From: Octopus bimaculoides
Lineage: Eukaryota
Length of the DNA: 55,710 nt
Direction of reading: 5' to 3'
Assembly (NCBI RefSeq): GCF_001194135.2
Contig: NC_068997.1
Coordinates: 31,301,001-31,356,710, forward strand
The stretch's first letter is position 1; every line of letters begins with the position of its first letter. Shown piece by piece: positions 49,660 through 55,710 of the stretch. The notes beneath the pieces are model-generated. The model did not search any database and was not told the origin of the DNA. It saw nothing but the letters and a program-made list of their open reading frames with translations. Position numbers and translations under genes: made by a program.

Positions 49660-51312
49660 TAAGCTGGAATCCCTAGTAAGTCACAGCGTTAAAATTGTTG
49701 TTGAATCTTTGAATTACTGTTTGTTCTATTTGTTTTGTGTTTAACAACACCTTCTTTTGCTGCCTTGCGGCGGTATTGTTGCAACTTTCCTCCTTGTTTG
49801 AAGGGGGAAGCGTTGTTATGAAAATGATGTATAATAATGTTAGCTCGTCAGACATGACATCGTCGAAGGAGGATTTGCTGAAGAGAATAAAAATTATCGA
49901 CAAGGCAATGGAGGAGGAAAGGAAGACTTTTGCGTATGCAGCTAGAGGAAGAAAGGAAGATCTGTGTATCAAGAGGGAGGAAGGGAGGAGCATGAAGTAA
50001 AAGTGATAGCACCCAGTGAGACTACAAAACAAGTGAAAGAAAAGTCAACAAGGGCTCAAGTTGTAAAAGCACTGAGACCCATCTGTCAGGACGTTACGTA
50101 CCTGGCCAGAGGAAGAAAGTAAGTGACGGTGGAGGTGCGGTTTGCAACTGAGGCAATAGCCAGGCAGCACTCCGTAACTTCCCTCAAGACAGACGAGGTG
50201 GTTCATCTGCCCATTTACTTGGTAAGACGTGCGTCCAGGATAAGGGTGGAAGAAATACTTCCAGAGGTAGATGTTGCCTGGCTGGTAGCAGCCATCCTTT
50301 TAAGGTTAGAAGAGACGATTGTGGTCCTCCAAGACACACGTATAACGCAGAGGAACAGGCAAGGGCAGAGCCTGGAAATGATCATCCAGGCAACTTCGGA
50401 GGACCTGGAAAAGATGGTCGACACCATAACGGTGGGCGACGTTATAAGGGAGGCCAGAAGGGCTTCATAAGAGCGGAGTGCCCTCCACCTGTCACAAAGG
50501 CACCAGCAGTCACTCAGGAAATCACACCTCCACCTCCTGCGTCATCATATGGTACAGAGGATGAGGAACCGGACAAAGAGGAGGAAAGCCTAGCAATGGA
50601 GGAAACAACAGAGGGATGGAGTACAGTTAACAAAAAAGGAATAAGAGAAAGAGAAGAGTACAAGTTGATAAAGAGAACCCCCAACCTACATCCCCCCGAC
50701 CCCCACCCTGCTCCATTCTGTCTCACCCTGGTCCTGGCAGACACCAACCCTCACTATGCCCCATCAGCCAGACACAAATGCAGACAAACAAGAGCCTGAA
50801 AATCCCACTCCCCACCCCAAAAAGAAATGTCTTGCATTATCTTCTACAATAACTCATATAAAGAGCTAAGAGAAGAGATAAGTGACTTGAACTCTCCTGT
50901 AAAGGTAGACGTGTCGGAGTGTAAGGGACGGCCAGCTCATGTGGAGTGCGCCCTGGTAAATAACTAGAACCAACTCAGTCTAATGGAGAAATATGGGAAG
51001 AATGTCATCGACATGCGACAGGAGGTCAACATTGGCGAACTGCCGCGAACTTTAGGCTTCCATAATATTTAATTAAAAAACTTGGAAATGGAATGATTAG
51101 CTGTATATATTGCTTTTCAGATGTTTTTCATTATTGTTTAAAATTTGTTAAAATGTTAAATGAAGTCACTTGGAGTGTGGGGTTCGAGTGACCTTCATTC
51201 AATCCATTCACCATTATTTCATACCATCTTTCTCATTCGTTTATCTATTCCCCACTTATGTGTTTGTCCTTGTGCTTTCCCTCTGTGTCAGGCCTTTATG
51301 TCTAAAATAAAA
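49660..51312 (+). mobile_element. ORF1-only Tx1-like unit (knuckle deleted)
   Basis: TFAYAARG, YLARGRK*VTVEVRFATE..LPIYLVRRASRIRVEEI..EMIIQAT; hairpin 51159-51199; gtccttgtgctttccctctgtgt tail ending aaaataaaat. Confidence 0.75.
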
Positions 51313-51759
51313 TCAAATGACCTGGAATCCCGGAATTTATGAAACTTTTATATTTGTATATAATTACAACAACTTAAACATATTCTTACAATATCATGAA
51401 TAATTTAATGATTGTATTTAAAATTCTGAATCCGAGCGTATTCTCTGATGAAGGAAATGTGGATTACTGAAGTTGAAAAGGATTTACCTTCACACTTCGA
51501 ACATTCCAAGAAACGGCCGTAAGATTCTTTCGTATTTATAGGATTCCTTTGAGGACTTCCCTTTTTGGATTATTGTAAACTATCATCTCATCAGTTTGAG
51601 ACTTTCGATTTGTCTATATGTATTTATGCAACTCTTCATCAGAAAATTATAATCGTAAGCTAAACTTGACTAAGGATGGGAATAACAGCAACGTTGCTAG
51701 AAATATGAACTAACATGCTCCAACGCTGTTACAAAGTACATAGCATATACTCTGACAGG

Positions 51760-52860
51760 GGCGCCTCAGACACGAATTTTTTCCCACGAGAATTCCGGAC
51801 CCCAGTAATGAACTCATTTGCATACAGCCAATCAGAGCCGAGCCACCTTTATCCTTTCTTCCTTTCTAGTCACCCAGTCTGGAAATAGGATTTGGAAGCT
51901 GTCATTTTGTGCGTGACAAAATAGCACATGTTGTCAATATTTGTAAACAACACGTTATCTCTGGTAATTTTCTTTCATGTAAATAAATCTTATTTAGTTG
52001 TTATTTTTAGCACGAAAGTTATCCGGTAATTTTCTTCCATGTAAATAAATGTTTATGCTGATTTAAACGAGAAAAACATGAATGTGTCTGTGGCTTACGA
52101 TTGACTAAAATTACCAAAATTTTCAAACTTTAATTGCTAATAACTCTTTTTTATTGATTTATAGCGAAAATTGCTTTCACGTCATTAATTAGCAAATAAA
52201 AGTGTATCATTACACTGAATCTGAAATCAATTAGAACAGAAAAGATCAGAAAATAAAAAATAGCCACGAAAATGTGTGAGTACTAGAACATTTTGTTGTA
52301 TACTATTATATCATGAATAGTAAATTATATATCTATTTATGAAAAATTCACGGAAAACATAAGAAATGTAAGCATTTTCAGGATGTTGACGACAAAATGT
52401 GCAGTCACGCACAAAATAACAGCTTACAAATCCTGTTTCCTGACTGGGTGAAAATGATCAAACTTTAAGCCTCTATAACTTTAAAAACATTTTTCTGGAA
52501 AAAATGAAATAACTCCAGCAATTCAGTTTTGGAAAATGTATTATTGTGCCAACTTCGGAGTAACCAGTGAACATCGAAGGATCAAAACCAAGAAGGAAGA
52601 AATATTATTTACATATATTTATTTACTGTCGACAGGTAGTTAGAGACAGTAATACTTGTAGTGATAGCGAAATGTTTTTCTGATAATGACAAAAATGTTG
52701 GTGTCTGTCAGTAGAGAGGGAAAGAGTAAGGAATGCACGATGCTGACTAGAAAGGAAGAAAGAATAAAGTTGGCTCTGCTCTGGTTGGTTTCATGCAAAT
52801 GAGTTCATTTACTGAGGTCCTAAACCCTCATGGAAAAAATTCCGCACCCCGGACACCAAA
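51760..52860. mobile_element. Non-autonomous TIR element (MITE-like) with long imperfect inverted arms
   Basis: 51797-51872 pairs with 52744-52820, and 51870-51917 with 52404-52451. Right arm split by ~290 bp bounded by tga..tga. No coding capacity. Confidence 0.75.
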
Positions 52861-53078
52861 CCGAGAATTCCTTAGACTGACCGGCCAGTTTTAGCTATTT
52901 CCGTAGCCACCTTCAGTAAAGTCAGCTCATTCGGTTAATTCCGGGTTACCTCGCCTATCAGAGTATATATATTCAGAGTAAAACTTTATGGATGATTTAG
53001 ACGATCACTAATGCATATACAAAAAAAAAAATCAATAAAAACTGTTTGCCACATTATACCGTAAAGGTATATATACAT

Positions 53079-53377
53079 ACCAAATCCTTGTGAGCGGATT
53101 TGGTTGACGGAAACAGAAAGAAGTTCGTGGTATATATATGTCTGTGTGCGTGTGTGTGAATGTATGCATGTATTTGTGTCTTTGTATTTGTCCCCCACCA
53201 TCGCTTGACAACCGATGTTGGTGTGTTTACATTCCGGTAACTTAGCGTTTCGGCAAAAGTGACCGATAGAATGAGTACTAAGCTTACAAAGTATAAGTCC
53301 CGGGATCGATTTGTTCGACTAAAGGCGTTGCTCCAGCATGGCTGTAGTCAAATGACTGAAACAAGTAAAAGAAAAAA
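53079..53377 (+). mobile_element. 5'-truncated SINE (family 2)
   Basis: Homologous to 46673-47173. Starts at accaaatccttgtgagcggatttgg and ends gactgaaacaagtaaaagaaaaaa. Confidence 0.9.
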
Positions 53378-53397
53378 TATATATACATTATATATAT

Positions 53398-53708
53398 GAG
53401 TGGCTGTGTGGTAAGTAGCTTGCTTACCAACCACATGGTCCCGCGTTCAGTCCCACTGCGTGGCATCTTGGGCAAGTGCCTTCTACTATAGCCTCGGGCC
53501 GACCAATGCCTTGTGAGTGGATTTGGTAGACGGAAACTGAAAGAAGCCCGTCGTATATGTGTATATATATGTGTATGTGTGTGTGTGTGTTTGTATGTCT
53601 GTGTTTGTCCCCCCAACATCGCTTGACAACCGATGCTGGTGTGTTTATGTCCCCGTAACTTAGTGGTTCGGCAAAAGAGACCGATAGAATAAGTACTAGG
53701 CTTCCAAA
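53398..53708 (+). mobile_element. SINE (family 2), runs into gap
   Basis: Head gagtggctgtgtggtaagtagcttgc..cgttcagtcccactgcg; central cttgggcaagtgccttctactatagcc. Confidence 0.9.
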
Positions 53709-54690
53709 NNNNNNNNNNNNNNNNNNNNNNNNNNNNNNNNNNNNNNNNNNNNNNNNNNNNNNNNNNNNNNNNNNNNNNNNNNNNNNNNNNNNNNNNNNNN
53801 NNNNNNNNNNNNNNNNNNNNNNNNNNNNNNNNNNNNNNNNNNNNNNNNNNNNNNNNNNNNNNNNNNNNNNNNNNNNNNNNNNNNNNNNNNNNNNNNNNNN
53901 NNNNNNNNNNNNNNNNNNNNNNNNNNNNNNNNNNNNNNNNNNNNNNNNNNNNNNNNNNNNNNNNNNNNNNNNNNNNNNNNNNNNNNNNNNNNNNNNNNNN
54001 NNNNNNNNNNNNNNNNNNNNNNNNNNNNNNNNNNNNNNNNNNNNNNNNNNNNNNNNNNNNNNNNNNNNNNNNNNNNNNNNNNNNNNNNNNNNNNNNNNNN
54101 NNNNNNNNNNNNNNNNNNNNNNNNNNNNNNNNNNNNNNNNNNNNNNNNNNNNNNNNNNNNNNNNNNNNNNNNNNNNNNNNNNNNNNNNNNNNNNNNNNNN
54201 NNNNNNNNNNNNNNNNNNNNNNNNNNNNNNNNNNNNNNNNNNNNNNNNNNNNNNNNNNNNNNNNNNNNNNNNNNNNNNNNNNNNNNNNNNNNNNNNNNNN
54301 NNNNNNNNNNNNNNNNNNNNNNNNNNNNNNNNNNNNNNNNNNNNNNNNNNNNNNNNNNNNNNNNNNNNNNNNNNNNNNNNNNNNNNNNNNNNNNNNNNNN
54401 NNNNNNNNNNNNNNNNNNNNNNNNNNNNNNNNNNNNNNNNNNNNNNNNNNNNNNNNNNNNNNNNNNNNNNNNNNNNNNNNNNNNNNNNNNNNNNNNNNNN
54501 NNNNNNNNNNNNNNNNNNNNNNNNNNNNNNNNNNNNNNNNNNNNNNNNNNNNNNNNNNNNNNNNNNNNNNNNNNNNNNNNNNNNNNNNNNNNTATATTTA
54601 ATCCCATAAAATTGCGGTGGCATGCTGGAATAATTGCATAGGAGCATTTATGTGCGTACTCAAAAATCTTTCCCGCCAAAAAGACTTAAC

Positions 54691-54770
54691 GGATGTGTGT
54701 GCGTGTGTGTGTGCGTGTGTGTGTGTATGTGTATGTGTGTGTGTGTGTGTGTGCGTGTGTGTGTGTGTTC
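54691..54770. repeat. (GT)n microsatellite
   Basis: Direct read. Confidence 0.9.
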
Positions 54771-54965
54771 GTGTAAAGACATTCATACTTTTGAAACTTT
54801 GCTTAGTGCTTATGACAGTGCATTGCTTTCTATGGGAGCGGATGTTGATCACCAGACTGATACGAATTAAGCAGATTCTGTGGCATTGAGTGCACTAACA
54901 ACAGCTGCAAGGTGTTGATGACATCGTCTCCTTTCTTATATATACAAATATATACAAGTATGTAA

Positions 54966-55184
54966 TGGTTTCAAATGTTGTCACAACGCCAGCCAACAAT
55001 TTCAAAGAGGAGAGTGAGTAAATTACATCGATCTCAGTGCTCAACCGATACTTATTTCATGGACACCGGTAGAGATGTAAGGCAAAGTCAACCATGGCAA
55101 AATTCAAACACAGAACATAAAGCCGATCGAAACGATGCTAAGTAACCTGTCAGCGTGCTAACGATTCTGCCATCTCGCCACCTT
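54966..55184 (-). mobile_element. tRNA-derived SINE (cephalopod family 3), diverged
   Basis: Minus head aaggtggcgagatggcagaatcgttagcac (A-box-like), ttgactttgcctt..aaataagta..ttgagcactg..tcgatgtaat, end tttgaaacca. Confidence 0.75.
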
Positions 55185-55532
55185 TATATAAGAATATATA
55201 ACGTTTGATGATAATATTGAATTTTTTATGAAATCTTAAAATAAACTTGAATGAATTCAGCATGCATTATAATTCGTCTCTCCTATTTTTCTCTCCTTCT
55301 GTCTATTTCTCCTCCCATCTATCTGTCAAATTATCAGTTTGTCTTTCTCTTTCAAGCGAATATATAACATCCAGTTTCTAATGGCAGGACATGCAACATC
55401 TCTTCAAGAATGGAGAGAGGTTACATTCCCTCCGCTATTAGAGTCTGACGAGTTGTCTATGTGTAAAGCTAAGGGCTTTGGCGACATGAAACCATTGGTC
55501 ACTCTATCATTGGACATACATTTAACTTCATG

Positions 55533-55571
<39 letters not shown>

Positions 55572-55710
55572 ATTTTCCCAGAGGATGTAGCAACCGTTAC
55601 CAATATAGCATAAGAGCTTACCTTAGGAGATCATTAACTAGATTCTTGGGGTGCACTTCAGGACAGGTATGCCGTAGAATTTCTAACCATTTCTCATGCT
55701 TTAGAGATAG

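Overview
AT-rich metazoan genomic DNA with 5 N-gaps, almost entirely decayed transposable elements and microsatellites. It is most likely Octopus, an inference from the SINE families and microsatellite style that I recognise from memory, not from a database search. No intact protein-coding gene, rRNA, tRNA gene or CRISPR array is supported, and most ORF-track entries are microsatellite, N-gap or antisense artefacts. Recognisable content: Penelope-like elements (a Neptune-type copy with direct pseudo-LTRs carrying hammerhead ribozyme motifs, an inverted Neptune-type remnant, two Naiad-type pieces); many Tx1/L1-like pieces; three CR1-like LINE remnants; an RTE endonuclease remnant; R4/Dong-like fragments; mariner, Helitron and AcademX remnants; three tRNA-derived SINE families; and several foldback or MITE-like inverted repeats. 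The two most interesting observations are (1) a family of ORF1-only ('half-Tx1') zinc-knuckle retroelements stacked head-to-tail and sharing a 3' RNA stem-loop with compensatory changes, and (2) Penelope pseudo-LTR hammerheads whose core reads GUG(A/C)ACA, an apparent reciprocal swap of the C3-G8 tertiary pair. Boundaries of decayed elements are approximate (tens of bp). Hairpin and ribozyme coordinates were counted directly.
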